The notes: generated by a model from the sequence alone, not told the origin. Shown: positions 9,924-20,375, counted from the stretch's first letter. The stretch is 64,000 nt of DNA from Minisyncoccota bacterium (GCA_051306005.1 JBPPMJ010000003.1:329171-393170), one strand, 5' to 3'. Numbers and translations are program-made.

Positions 9924-12029
9924 ATGTCACTGGAACATCTTTTCTCACCACGATCTATTGCTGTCATCGGCGCTTCCACGACATCTGGAAGTGTTGGTCA
10001 TACCTTAACTGCCAATCTACTCGCCAATGGCTATGCTGGAACACTTTTTCTCGTTAATCCAAAGACTGATACGCTTTTTGACCGTCCTTGTTATCCAAAC
10101 ATTTCTGCCATACCTGAAACGGCTGATCTGGCGATTATCATCGTACCAGCGCTTCTTGTCATAACGGTTTTACAGGAATCTGCTCAAAAGGGTATTAAAA
10201 ATATCATCATCATTTCTGCTGGTTTCAAAGAAAGTGATGAGGCAGGGAAAAGGCGGGAATTGGAAATCATCGCCATTGCCAAAGAATATGATCTAACGAT
10301 TTTGGGACCAAACTGTCTTGGTTTTTTACGTCCTACCATTGGTCTCAACGCTTCTTTTGCTCCACGTCTGCCAAAAAAAGGCGAGATCGCTTTTTTCTCT
10401 CAGAGCGGTGCATTATGTACTGCTCTCTTGGATATTTGTGATCAAAATATCGGCTTTTCACATTTCATCAGTACTGGCAATAAGGCTGTTGTTGACGAAA
10501 ATACACTACTCTCTTTTCTTGCTCAAGACAATACCATAAAATTGCTTGGTTTTTATTCTGAGGGTATTGAAAACAGCACGCGCTTTATTGAAACTGGACG
10601 TGCTTTATTGACTCGGGTCACCCCACTGCCAGTCATTGTTCTCAAGTCAGGCACTACTTCAGCTGGCACTCAAGCTTCTCGCTCACATACTGGTGCACTC
10701 GCTGGTAGTGATATCGCCTATGAGGCGCTCTTCAAACAGGCGCGCATGATTCGTGCCAAAAGCCTCGAGCATCTTTTAAATTTTCTCACCGTTTTTTCTA
10801 AAAATAACTTACCAAAAGGAAACCGCATCGGTATCGTCACCAACGCTGGAGGACTGGGTGTTTTGGCTGTAGATAATGCTTCTTTCCATGGTTTGGAGAT
10901 GGCTGTTTTTGCACCAGAGACGGAGGCTAAATTACAAGGACTTCCTGTATCTGCCAATATTCACAATCCAGTCGATGTGTTGGGTGACGCATTGGCAGAT
11001 CGTTATCGTCTTGCCATAGATACGTTGATTGATGCCGAAGAAGTAGATATGCTCCTCATCATTGTCACTCCGCAAAAAATGACACAGGCAAAAGAGACTG
11101 CTCAAGCTATTGTTGATGCCAAGCAACATTCCAATAAACCACTCGTAGCCGTATTCTCGGGTGCCACATCGTTATCTGAAGGAATCGATCTTCTTCAACA
11201 TCATCAAGTAGCCACCCTTACGTATCCGGAGGCTGGTGCTGAAGCTTTGGCTGGTCTTGCCAAAATACAGACTTGGCGCCATAACGACTTCAGAACTCCA
11301 TTTATCTTTGACCACATTGACACGCAAACAGTACGAGAAATTATTGATTCGGCCCGACAGCATAATCAAACTACTCTGTCCCCCACGCAAGTCTCGGCTA
11401 TTCTGCGAGCTTATGGCTTCCCCGTTATTCAAGAAAAACTCGTGACTAGCGCCGAAGAAGCTTTGGCGGTAACCAAACATTTTGCTGTACCGACGGTTTT
11501 CAAAATTGTTTCTCCGGACATTATTCACAAATCAGATGTTGGTGGCGTCATACTTGATGTCTCTCCGGAATCCGGTGCTGATACGTATCAAAAGCTTATG
11601 ACACAAGTGGCCACCAATGCCCCGACAGCATCTATTACCGGCATACTCATTGCAGAAATGATTTCTGCTGATTCTGGTCAAGAGATTATCTTAGGTCTGA
11701 AAAAAGAGCCAGGACTGGGAACACTTGTATTAACAGGTCTTGGAGGTATCTTTGTAGAAACATTTCAAGACATCGCGATGCGTTTCGCTCCCCTCACACA
11801 AGAAGATGCCCAAGAAATGCTCACCGAGCTTCGAAGCTATCCTCTGTTCACAGGAGTGCGCGGACAGACGGGCATTCATATTGCAACACTCGTCAATCTT
11901 ATCGGTCGCTTGTCACAATTGGCAATAGATTTTCCAGAAATAGTCGAGTTGGATATCAATCCTGTTCTCGCCTTTGCGGAAACGGAAAAATTTCGTGTCA
12001 TTGATGCTCGTATTGTCCTATCATCCTGA
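9924..12029 (+). CDS. Acetate--CoA ligase (ADP-forming) with fused alpha and beta subunits. The start was chosen at MSLEHLF.
   Basis: N-terminal CoA-binding domain (RSIAVIGASTTSGSVGH), succinyl-CoA-synthetase-like ligase domain (SQSGALCTALLD, phosphohistidine loop SRSHTGALAGSD) and a C-terminal ATP-grasp domain. Confidence 0.85.
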   Translation: MSLEHLFSPRSIAVIGASTTSGSVGHTLTANLLANGYAGTLFLVNPKTDTLFDRPCYPNISAIPETADLAIIIVPALLVITVLQESAQKGIKNIIIISAGFKESDEAGKRRELEIIAIAKEYDLTILGPNCLGFLRPTIGLNASFAPRLPKKGEIAFFSQSGALCTALLDICDQNIGFSHFISTGNKAVVDENTLLSFLAQDNTIKLLGFYSEGIENSTRFIETGRALLTRVTPLPVIVLKSGTTSAGTQASRSHTGALAGSDIAYEALFKQARMIRAKSLEHLLNFLTVFSKNNLPKGNRIGIVTNAGGLGVLAVDNASFHGLEMAVFAPETEAKLQGLPVSANIHNPVDVLGDALADRYRLAIDTLIDAEEVDMLLIIVTPQKMTQAKETAQAIVDAKQHSNKPLVAVFSGATSLSEGIDLLQHHQVATLTYPEAGAEALAGLAKIQTWRHNDFRTPFIFDHIDTQTVREIIDSARQHNQTTLSPTQVSAILRAYGFPVIQEKLVTSAEEALAVTKHFAVPTVFKIVSPDIIHKSDVGGVILDVSPESGADTYQKLMTQVATNAPTASITGILIAEMISADSGQEIILGLKKEPGLGTLVLTGLGGIFVETFQDIAMRFAPLTQEDAQEMLTELRSYPLFTGVRGQTGIHIATLVNLIGRLSQLAIDFPEIVELDINPVLAFAETEKFRVIDARIVLSS

Positions 12030-12072
12030 TGTTTTTTAGAAAACATCATATTATTCATAGAAAAGCTTCAAA

Positions 12073-12108
12073 GAAAAAAGGCTAATGAAATATTTCATTA
12101 GCCTTTTG
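12073..12108. terminator. Bidirectional intrinsic terminator between the convergent acd gene and the 12115-12573 gene
   Basis: Perfect hairpin aggctaatgaaat/atttcattagcct flanked by an A-run on one side and a T-run on the other. Confidence 0.6.
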
Positions 12109-12114
12109 AGTACC

Positions 12115-12573
12115 TCATGTGGGAGGCATGTATTGCACACTCCGCAAAAAACGCAACAACTCTTCTTCATCCATGGTCACTTGGACAAGGCCTGTGCCAC
12201 GGATAGTGTAATGATCTTTGTCTTCTATCCACACCACATACTCTGCAATCTCTGCAATTTCAGACGTGACGATCGACGTAGAACGCCAGCCTTCCAAATC
12301 TAACACTTTCACAATGCTCTGTAATTGCTGTTCTTGGGTGTTTTTTTCAATTAAAAACGTCACTTGATGATGATTGTTCATCAGACGTATTTCGTCAGAC
12401 GCGGGAAATTCAATATCAATTGCCCGCAGAAATACGACAATGATCACGAAGATGACCAAGATTACTGCGAGGGTTATACAGAATGCTTTTTGCATTGTGT
12501 GAAAAAGCATTTCCCTACGCAATACTACTCTCTTTTTGTTGAAAACCGCCATGGAAACAGGCTGTTTTTTCAT
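12115..12573 (-). CDS. Hypothetical membrane-anchored protein
   Basis: 152-aa ORF with a single N-terminal TM helix (CITLAVILVIFVIIVVFL). I recognise no family. Confidence 0.4.
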   Translation of the reverse strand: MKKQPVSMAVFNKKRVVLRREMLFHTMQKAFCITLAVILVIFVIIVVFLRAIDIEFPASDEIRLMNNHHQVTFLIEKNTQEQQLQSIVKVLDLEGWRSTSIVTSEIAEIAEYVVWIEDKDHYTIRGTGLVQVTMDEEELLRFLRSVQYMPPT

Positions 12574-12693
12574 CGCGTATTACTCCTTTAGTAAACGATA
12601 TTTAAAAATGTAAAAGTACTTTTTGACATAATAGCATAAATAATGATTTTAGTCAATAGCTATTCAACTTCACTATTATGGCACCCTCTCTCT

Positions 12694-13908
12694 TTATTTC
12701 TGTATCACCTGCGTATACATGGCTATCAACTGAGAAGTAAAAAAGGCTGGTTGAAGGTCGCTGACACTCTCCCGTGCTCGCTGACGAAGAATGGCAACAG
12801 GCAAAGAATCCAGAGAACGTATCGTATCCACCAATGCCTGTTCATCAGACGCAGGATACAATAAACCATTCACTCCATGCGTGATACGCTCCGTCATACC
12901 ACCCTGATTGGCAGCAATGACCAAACATCCTGATTGCAAACTCTCAATCAGTGTATACGGAAAATTCTCATACCACTGAGAAGGAATCAATATCGCTTCA
13001 GCCCGCTGTTTCAAAGATTCCAATTCCACACCATATCGTACTCCAAAAAAAATCACTCTTTCTGTCAAATGATATGTCCGTACCAACGCTTCAAGAGATT
13101 TGCGTTCTGGTCCATCCCCAACAATCCAGAGTTTCACATCCGTATCGAGATGTGTCAGAACGCGCAATAACATATCAACACCTTTTTCTCTTGAAAGTCT
13201 CCCAAAGAAGAGTAATGTCTTTTTTTCTCGTATAGGAGGCATTGATATCAGTGAATTTCCAACAACAGGATTAGGTAATAAGCGTATTTGATCCGTGAAT
13301 CCATGTTGCCGATATATATCAATCAAAAATTGACTAGGCGAAATAAAAACATCAACCTTCTTATAACTGCCAATACATCGATGTAACCACTGTTCAATGA
13401 CACAAACAAGACTTTTGGTAAAAGAATCTTTAACACAACGATCCAGTAAACAACGAATTCCGGATCCATGATTCCATATCCTGCCTCGAACAAATAAACT
13501 GTAATTTGGTGAAATGAGCTTATAATCATGTAATGTCATCACAATAGGTACTTTTCTTTTTTTCAGTGCCCACAAAATAGATGGGGACAACTGATGATAA
13601 ATATTATGCACATGGGCAACATCAGGTTGAAATTCCTTCAATAACACATCTAATTTACGCATTGCATCAATATTGAACCAAATTTTTCCTATCAGAGAAA
13701 AACGTCGAAATAATGAAATAGATTTCTCTTGATATTCAATATTTTCAATAAAGTACTTCTGCCATGGCGTCGAAACATTGGCTCGATGTTGCATAGAAAA
13801 AAAGGCCACAGAATGTCCTTGACCGATCAACATCTGAGCCATATCAAAATACGCTCGCTCAGCACCACCCTTCAAAAAATGATATTTATTGATGAGAAGA
13901 ATCTTCAT
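12694..13908 (-). CDS. Glycosyltransferase family 4
   Basis: MKILLINKYHFLKGGAERAYFDM N-terminus and a GT-B fold C-terminal motif (PSQWYENFPYTLIESLQSGCLVIA). Confidence 0.85.
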   Translation of the reverse strand: MKILLINKYHFLKGGAERAYFDMAQMLIGQGHSVAFFSMQHRANVSTPWQKYFIENIEYQEKSISLFRRFSLIGKIWFNIDAMRKLDVLLKEFQPDVAHVHNIYHQLSPSILWALKKRKVPIVMTLHDYKLISPNYSLFVRGRIWNHGSGIRCLLDRCVKDSFTKSLVCVIEQWLHRCIGSYKKVDVFISPSQFLIDIYRQHGFTDQIRLLPNPVVGNSLISMPPIREKKTLLFFGRLSREKGVDMLLRVLTHLDTDVKLWIVGDGPERKSLEALVRTYHLTERVIFFGVRYGVELESLKQRAEAILIPSQWYENFPYTLIESLQSGCLVIAANQGGMTERITHGVNGLLYPASDEQALVDTIRSLDSLPVAILRQRARESVSDLQPAFFTSQLIAMYTQVIQK

Positions 13909-13962
13909 TGACTTTTATTAAAACTATGTTATTCTACTCTACATAAGATATTTATACAAGGT

Positions 13963-14622
13963 ATGAAATTTCCGCATCCCCTTGGACGATTGATAGCCCT
14001 CATTTCTGAACACAGTCGTCAAAAAAAATATCAGCAATTTTTATCATTTTTTCAGCCAAACGAGCAGACTACTATTGTCGATATCGGCGTCAATACGACT
14101 GAATATTCTTCTGTGGATAATTTTCTTGAAAAACACTATCCTTATCCGCGCAACATCACGGCTGTTTCACAAAATGACCCGACATTTTTTCAACAACGTT
14201 ATCCAGAGATTGCCATTATACAGGCCGATGGTCGTTTTCTTCCTTTTCCTGAAAATCATTTTGATATCGCTTATTCAAATGCCGTCATTGAGCATGTCGG
14301 AACACGTTCCGATCAAATCCTCTTTCTTCAAGAACTCTGGCGTGTCAGCAAGGCAGGATACCTCACAACACCCAACCGTCATTTCCCCATTGAAGTACAT
14401 ACGCGTATACCAATTCTTCATCTTATCCTACCCAAAAAATATTTTGAAATATTTCTCTGTTTTATCGGCAAAAAATGGGCGACAAATGGCTATATGGAAC
14501 TTCTCTCGGAACATGATATACGCACACTGTTGAATCAGATGGACCTCCATGATTATATGCTTATCAAAAATCGTTTTTTTGGTTATCCGATGACTTTTAC
14601 ACTCCTATGGAAAAAGAATTGA
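13963..14622 (+). CDS. Class I SAM-dependent methyltransferase
   Basis: Methyltransf_11-like core: VDIGVNTTEY... then FDIAYSNAVIEHVGTRSDQILFLQELWRVSKAGYL. Confidence 0.7.
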   Translation: MKFPHPLGRLIALISEHSRQKKYQQFLSFFQPNEQTTIVDIGVNTTEYSSVDNFLEKHYPYPRNITAVSQNDPTFFQQRYPEIAIIQADGRFLPFPENHFDIAYSNAVIEHVGTRSDQILFLQELWRVSKAGYLTTPNRHFPIEVHTRIPILHLILPKKYFEIFLCFIGKKWATNGYMELLSEHDIRTLLNQMDLHDYMLIKNRFFGYPMTFTLLWKKN

Positions 14623-15980
14623 ATCTTGCTTCAGCTCATACGCTACACTCTATATTTTTCGGACTCGGATGCATAACTCTGGGTATCATATTAACATTGT
14701 TTTTTGGCATATCCCCATTTTTATCTTTCTTGGGGGCCATTGGACTTTGCATCCTCTTTCTCTCTCTTTTTAATCCTTTTTTGTTTTTACTTGCTCTGAT
14801 CATCATCAGAATGTCACTGGATTATTCAGCGCAATACTTCTCTCTTACGTTCTTAGATTTTTCCTTTTCCTTATCACAAATTATTGGAATACTGATTGCC
14901 TGTTTCGGTAGTATGGTACTTATATATAGATACAAGGCGCTTCCCCAATTTCCTCTTTTCTTCCCCTTTCTTCTTATTTTTCTATGGGGATTATTAACAC
15001 TGATATACTCTATCACCCCACAAAGAACAGCTCAAGAATTACTGCGCTTTTTTGATATTTTTACTCTCTCTTTTTTAGCCTTCTTGACTGTTAAAAGCAA
15101 AACTGACTTTCAAAAGATACTTTCTGCCTTTTTTCTTTCAACACTTGTACCAATTATTTTTGCATTGTATCAATTTATTTTTTCCATTGGTTTTCAAGAT
15201 GAAAGCGTGACTGTACCGCGTATCTTTGGCACATTTAGCCACCCAAATGTTTTTAGTTTATATCTTTTTACGGTGATTGTTTTCGCTTTTCTTGCTTTAA
15301 CCATCGAAAAAAAATCTCTTACGCGACGCATGCTCGTGACTTTACTCCTTATCGTTCTTATCCTAACATTACTTTTGACATTTGCTCGTGTCGCTTGGGT
15401 GACGCTGTTCTTTTTCGGCTTCTGTGTTGCGCTCTTTCGTTATCGTATGACGCTTATTCCCCTTATTCTTTTTCCTCTTATCCTCTTTGTTTTTTCGGAA
15501 ACATTTCAAGCACGTATTCAAGGAAGTCTTACCGTAACTCCAGATAGCTCCATTGTTTGGAGACAAAATCTTTGGAGTGACGTCACTGCCAAATCCGTAC
15601 AAGATGGCGGATTCTTATTTGGATCCGGTATGGATACGTTTTCTATTGTTTCAGAGAGTCTGCGTGGTACACGTCTGGGATCCAACGACCCTCATAATGA
15701 TTTCGTAAAGTTTTTTGTTGAAGGCGGTTTGGTCGGAGTTATTGTTTACTGTATCTATTTACTTAGTATTCTTGTGCTTCTTATCTCTTACTATCGCCGA
15801 AACAAAACAGATATCTATTTCCACGTCACTTTTGGTATACTCATAATACTTTTTGTGAGTCTACAAATCGCCAGTCTTTCCGATAATGTCTTCAAAAATA
15901 CACCGGTGCAATGGCTATTCTTTATAGCGCTTGGCAGTATTTTTGGTTTGTACAAAACAAAGTATACAAAAAATATATAA
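14607..15980 (+). CDS. O-antigen ligase / O-antigen polymerase family (Wzy_C-like) membrane protein
   Basis: At least 10 TM helices with a central periplasmic loop, and the FARVAWVTLFFFG motif resembling the Wzy_C RxxW region. It sits among glycosyltransferases. Confidence 0.7.
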   Translation: MEKELNLASAHTLHSIFFGLGCITLGIILTLFFGISPFLSFLGAIGLCILFLSLFNPFLFLLALIIIRMSLDYSAQYFSLTFLDFSFSLSQIIGILIACFGSMVLIYRYKALPQFPLFFPFLLIFLWGLLTLIYSITPQRTAQELLRFFDIFTLSFLAFLTVKSKTDFQKILSAFFLSTLVPIIFALYQFIFSIGFQDESVTVPRIFGTFSHPNVFSLYLFTVIVFAFLALTIEKKSLTRRMLVTLLLIVLILTLLLTFARVAWVTLFFFGFCVALFRYRMTLIPLILFPLILFVFSETFQARIQGSLTVTPDSSIVWRQNLWSDVTAKSVQDGGFLFGSGMDTFSIVSESLRGTRLGSNDPHNDFVKFFVEGGLVGVIVYCIYLLSILVLLISYYRRNKTDIYFHVTFGILIILFVSLQIASLSDNVFKNTPVQWLFFIALGSIFGLYKTKYTKNI

Positions 15981-15984
15981 AAAG

Positions 15985-16026
15985 ACCTCCAAGTTTTTTC
16001 TGCAATAGCAGAAAAAACTTGGAGGT
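15985..16026. terminator. Bidirectional intrinsic terminator between convergent genes
   Basis: 19-bp perfect stem acctccaagttttttctgc-aata-gcagaaaaaacttggaggt, with an A-run (15981-15983) and a T-run embedded in the stem. It lies between the 3' ends of the + and - strand genes. Confidence 0.7.
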
Positions 16027-16038
16027 TAAATCAATCTT

Positions 16039-16653
16039 TTATTTTCGATAGCAGAATTTTTTATAGTATTCTGCATATTTGGTAACCTCGTCCGCATTAG
16101 CAATGCGACCATCAGTTACAAATATAGAGGCCGTGTCCTGATGTGGCATCTGCGGACAGGAAAGTTGGACCCTGGCATTCTCCGGATGAGCAACCCATCC
16201 TACCTGTTTATCTCCGAGCACCAAGACTGGCACAAGAGCAAAAACAGCATTCTTGGTGGTTGCACCGGTACTGATTTCAACAGTAGCACTGCCGTCAGGT
16301 TCAATGGGGGCGCAGGCACGCGTCTCCCAGTCACTGCCAACACCTCTCCAGCACAGCTGGGTCTTTTTATACAATTGGTAGTTGGAAGCCACGGCGACCA
16401 CGTGAACGACTCCTTTTCCAGAATCATCGGCCGTGTTCAAGCCGACTACCCCTTTTGGTGGTGTCTCGTTCAGATAGACCACTTTGATTTCTTTCAGGAT
16501 CAAGGCAAACTGTCCTGGAGTACCTGGAACAATCTCCACCATGGATGATGATCCGCCTCCAACGCTGGCATGTACATTGTCGGGATGGAATTGTCCTGCC
16601 CACGTCAAGGCGGAAAAAAGGCAAAGAAACAAGATAGAGAATAGCGGTTTCAT
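16039..16653 (-). CDS. Secreted hypothetical protein. The start was taken at MKPLFSILFLCLFSALTWA.
   Basis: Clear signal peptide. The region has noticeably higher GC than its surroundings. No family recognised. Confidence 0.5.
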   Translation of the reverse strand: MKPLFSILFLCLFSALTWAGQFHPDNVHASVGGGSSSMVEIVPGTPGQFALILKEIKVVYLNETPPKGVVGLNTADDSGKGVVHVVAVASNYQLYKKTQLCWRGVGSDWETRACAPIEPDGSATVEISTGATTKNAVFALVPVLVLGDKQVGWVAHPENARVQLSCPQMPHQDTASIFVTDGRIANADEVTKYAEYYKKFCYRK

Positions 16654-16966
16654 TTGAAACCCTCCTTTAAAACTATTGTTAAAAAACTCCTGTTTAATAT
16701 TTCTATTAAACATTTCATTATACTCCTAAAACTTTATTTTGTCAACATTATGTATAGTGAACAATATATGTATCAGATTTCATAGTATGTGGTATACAGC
16801 AGTATAAAAAAAACGGCGAGAGATGTGTGTTCACATCTTCGCCGTCAAAATGTTTGCTACTGTTCATTCTCTTTTCTCGACTGCCAGGTCAGTACGTATC
16901 CATAAAGGACCGATACTCTTTTTATATTACTCTGGCGAGTAAGAAAGAAAACAAACATCTGATCAC

Positions 16967-18484
16967 TTACAGTGTCGGCACCATGATGATGCCATGATGC
17001 AGATTTTCCACTTGTCCAGAACGATGGTTTTTACGAACGAGCTCGAAGCCACGCATTATATCAATCCACCATCCCCAAGCCTGTACCTTGTTACCCGACT
17101 TGAAGTCCTTGTCAAAACCAATGCCTACGCCCATGATACGATTGGCATCAGTCAATCCAATACGGAAACTCCCTGATTCCGCTGCCGGTTTTTCCAAGAA
17201 ATATCCAAGCTGTGTGTACAATTCGAACCACTGTCCGGAGTACAGGTACTGCCGAACACCGAGGTTCAAGTAACTGTCAAGCTGAGAGAGGTCTTTCGTA
17301 TCCTCAATAGGTTGACCCTGCCACGAATGCTCAGCATCAGTCGAAAACGGAAATAATAATACTCCAAACAACTGTGTTTCCGCCAACAACTTTTTGCCTG
17401 CCATACGCCTTTGATAGTTATTATAGGCAACAGAAGGGCCCGTGACACCAAACTCCCGATGACTCTTATAGTCTCCTTGTTTGAATTTTTCTTCCAAACT
17501 TCCAAAGAGCCACTTCATCTCTACATCCCAGCCTTGGTCCGCGATATACTCATATGCTGGTCCGATGGCCAATAGACCACCACTGTATTTGCCAAGACCC
17601 TGATTGACCAGACCTTCCCACCATGATGCCTGCATGCCGATGCCTACACCATGAGTGCCAGTTTTCCCCCGCCACGTGCAATATACAGCTGAAGAAAGGA
17701 ACGTCGAGTGACTTTTATTGCCACCGTCATGTTCTGGCTCATACTCTTGCCCCAAGACTGATTTCAAATCTAGAGGACAATGTGACGACTCCTCCTCTTT
17801 CTCCTCTGCAATTGGCATCTGCACCTCGGGCACAATCAGTACCTCTGGCGCCACTTCAGTCACCACCACAGGAGGCGGTATCACAATAGGCTTGACCCTC
17901 CGCATAACTGCAATGTTACCGCACTTATAAGGCACGGCGATTTCGGTCCCATCGGAAAGCTGAATCACGAGGCCTAGCTCTTGTTGAGCTCCTTCTTCTG
18001 CTGTGCACAACCGCACATCCCGCAGAAGTTTTGGTTGCTTTCCAGACCCAAAGACCATATCGTACCGAGCATTGTCTGGTAACACCATGTTATACTCGGC
18101 AACTTCTTCAAAAAACACTTTCTGAATCAGCTCCTCTTTCATCGCTTGGCTGATTGGCAACACGGCGATGCCCTTTCGCATCCGCTCTTTGTCGAGCGAC
18201 GGATTGAAAGGAGAAACTCCTAATGTCACACATTCCTTACGAGAGGCGATATGAGAGACCACTGACAGAGCACTGACCTTTTCTGGAACGGTCAAGACCT
18301 GTCCCACTCGAATGGAATTGCAATTTGTGAGGTTATTGACCGCACAGGCCGCTTTCCATTCTTTTCCAAAAAGCTCTTCCAGAGTATCTCCCGGCTTTAC
18401 GACCACTGTAGTGGCATGAGCATGGAACACCCAGAGAGCGCACAAAACTCCTATGAGGAGTCTCCACACTTGTTGCATTTTCAT
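16967..18484 (-). CDS. Secreted LysM-domain protein with a large C-terminal domain of unknown function
   Basis: Signal peptide MKMQQVWRLLIGVLCALWVFHAHA, then a LysM-like segment (TVVVKPGDTLEELFG...NSIRVGQVLTVPEK) and a Pro/Val-rich linker (PIVIPPPVVVTEVAPEVLIVPEVQMP). It is GC-richer than the flanking DNA. Confidence 0.55.
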   Translation of the reverse strand: MKMQQVWRLLIGVLCALWVFHAHATTVVVKPGDTLEELFGKEWKAACAVNNLTNCNSIRVGQVLTVPEKVSALSVVSHIASRKECVTLGVSPFNPSLDKERMRKGIAVLPISQAMKEELIQKVFFEEVAEYNMVLPDNARYDMVFGSGKQPKLLRDVRLCTAEEGAQQELGLVIQLSDGTEIAVPYKCGNIAVMRRVKPIVIPPPVVVTEVAPEVLIVPEVQMPIAEEKEEESSHCPLDLKSVLGQEYEPEHDGGNKSHSTFLSSAVYCTWRGKTGTHGVGIGMQASWWEGLVNQGLGKYSGGLLAIGPAYEYIADQGWDVEMKWLFGSLEEKFKQGDYKSHREFGVTGPSVAYNNYQRRMAGKKLLAETQLFGVLLFPFSTDAEHSWQGQPIEDTKDLSQLDSYLNLGVRQYLYSGQWFELYTQLGYFLEKPAAESGSFRIGLTDANRIMGVGIGFDKDFKSGNKVQAWGWWIDIMRGFELVRKNHRSGQVENLHHGIIMVPTL

Positions 18485-18604
18485 CTGAACCTCCTGAGCC
18501 TACTGTGGCTCGCTGACATCGTATCATCTTTGAGCCACCTTTGAAGCGACTCACACATACGTATTCACAACGCCTGTTGAGTCAATGCATATCAAACACC
18601 CGAT

Positions 18605-19441
18605 TCAGTGATAACAATCATGACTTGTGACTGTACGTACATTTTGAATAGCAGCCAGTGCCAAGGTAATCGTTACCAAGCCAGGTGTCACAGGAGCTGT
18701 CCCACAAGACACCAAGCGGTCTACAGGATGCTCTGCGCTAGTAAAGTTTCTCAATACTAGCAGTGTATCTGGCCTGCCGGAATACACCATGGAACCTATT
18801 CGTAGTCGTTGATTGAACAAAGACTCCAATTCATCGAAAAACAACTTTCCTGAAGGATCCTTCCTTTCCATACGCACAACTTGCGTCAGTGGTGATGGAT
18901 GTTGCTGAAAAAATCCAGATGGGAGAGATTTCGTGATTGGCACGGTTATTTTTTCACCCATGGTAGTCATCATCCATGATGTGTCCATCGAAACGATGAC
19001 CATGTTTTGCTTCGCAGGCTTCATGTCTGCTGGCAATAAGATGAAAAATCCAGTGAGCGCTGGGTTGATGATGGCATCAGCCATACCAACCAACCGTTCG
19101 TTTTGATAAAAAAGCGCGCGAAACACCAATTTTTCAATCGGCTTTCGCAACTTTTTACCATCCTCAAATGTTTTTATGTACGTACGCTTCGTATCCACCA
19201 CCTCATCGCGCCAATAAGACGGCAATGGATCTGGTAACGAAACATATGCCACGTCTACGCCATCGAGAATTGAAACGTTGCCAGTAATAACCATTGTGTG
19301 CCATGGCTCCTGACGAGCGATTGATTCCTTTGGTTGCACACTAAATCCAGACTGAGTGCCCATCGTCGTGGTACAGCCAGACAAGAAAACACACAATACA
19401 ATGAGCATCAACAATGATGTTCTCATGATTTTACTCCTCAA
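18605..19441 (-). CDS. Putative lipoprotein
   Basis: Signal peptide with lipobox MLIVLCVFLSGC-TTT. No family recognised. Confidence 0.5.
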   Translation of the reverse strand: MRSKIMRTSLLMLIVLCVFLSGCTTTMGTQSGFSVQPKESIARQEPWHTMVITGNVSILDGVDVAYVSLPDPLPSYWRDEVVDTKRTYIKTFEDGKKLRKPIEKLVFRALFYQNERLVGMADAIINPALTGFFILLPADMKPAKQNMVIVSMDTSWMMTTMGEKITVPITKSLPSGFFQQHPSPLTQVVRMERKDPSGKLFFDELESLFNQRLRIGSMVYSGRPDTLLVLRNFTSAEHPVDRLVSCGTAPVTPGLVTITLALAAIQNVRTVTSHDCYH

Positions 19442-19548
19442 ATTTCAAATTGTTAAAAAACTATCCCTACTCAGAAGAAAAAAATACTCCACTGAAAAGT
19501 CTTGTAACTTTTTCTTCTCAAAAGGCACGATAACAATTTTTTAAACTA

Positions 19549-20211
19549 TCACAATGTATCATGCAATACAATGTTTTCATTTTTTTCCGAGATCTGTTTT
19601 TTGTAACGCGTCAAAATCCAAGATCCAGAAAAAAACAATCCCGCAAAAAATCCAGCCAAGGCTGTAGCAAACATCATACTGACGGTAGGATTTTGTATAT
19701 TAATAGGACCAGACAAAATACGTACTTCTACACTATTCACATCACCACCCCGAAACAGTGCGTTTTTTTGTGTCAATACTTCTGAAATAGCGGTTACAAT
19801 ACGAGTCGCCTCTCGCTCACTTGTATGCTTCACAGTGACACTGATAATTCCAAGCTCTAAACTTTTTTGTACCTGTACCATTTTATCCCACGTTTTTAAA
19901 CGATCTGTTTTATCAAAAGGCAAAAATTCATTATTCACTTTGCCAGTCTCAATAACCGTATTAATAAATTTTTCACTATATAATGCTTCACTCAAAACTT
20001 TACCAAGATATTCGGAAGACTTGAATTGTGTATAAAAGTCTTGTCCCTGACTATTGCTTTGAACAATCAAAAAATCCATACGTGATTGGAATGACTTCTC
20101 TATGATAATCAATCCAGTAAAACTTATTAGTGCACCAAAAATACCAAATAAAATCATGGTATAAATATTTCTTCGTAAAAAAGATACTAGTAAACGTGCG
20201 TTCATAAACAA
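19549..20211 (-). CDS. Wzz-like polysaccharide chain-length determinant (short form)
   Basis: N-terminal TM (MILFGIFGALISFTGLIII), a periplasmic domain and a C-terminal TM (FATALAGFFAGLFFSGSWILTRY). This matches Wzz topology and N-terminal motif character. Confidence 0.5.
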   Translation of the reverse strand: MFMNARLLVSFLRRNIYTMILFGIFGALISFTGLIIIEKSFQSRMDFLIVQSNSQGQDFYTQFKSSEYLGKVLSEALYSEKFINTVIETGKVNNEFLPFDKTDRLKTWDKMVQVQKSLELGIISVTVKHTSEREATRIVTAISEVLTQKNALFRGGDVNSVEVRILSGPINIQNPTVSMMFATALAGFFAGLFFSGSWILTRYKKQISEKNENIVLHDTL

Positions 20212-20375
20212 TACACTAAAGTTATTAATAACTCAGTATGATACCAGATAAATGATTATTTGTCAATATAAAGTACCTAATGGTGTAAAGATAAGCTTTA
20301 TTTATGCTAAAAAAGCTCTTATTATTCAAAAATATGCCCAGAAAATGCAAGGATTCTATTCATATGAATACCAAT

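Noticed and set aside
16967-18484. Outer-membrane beta-barrel interpretation of the LysM protein C-terminus
   Set aside because: The organism appears to be monoderm-like (inference), and no C-terminal OMP signature (terminal aromatic residue) is evident. It was left as an unknown domain.
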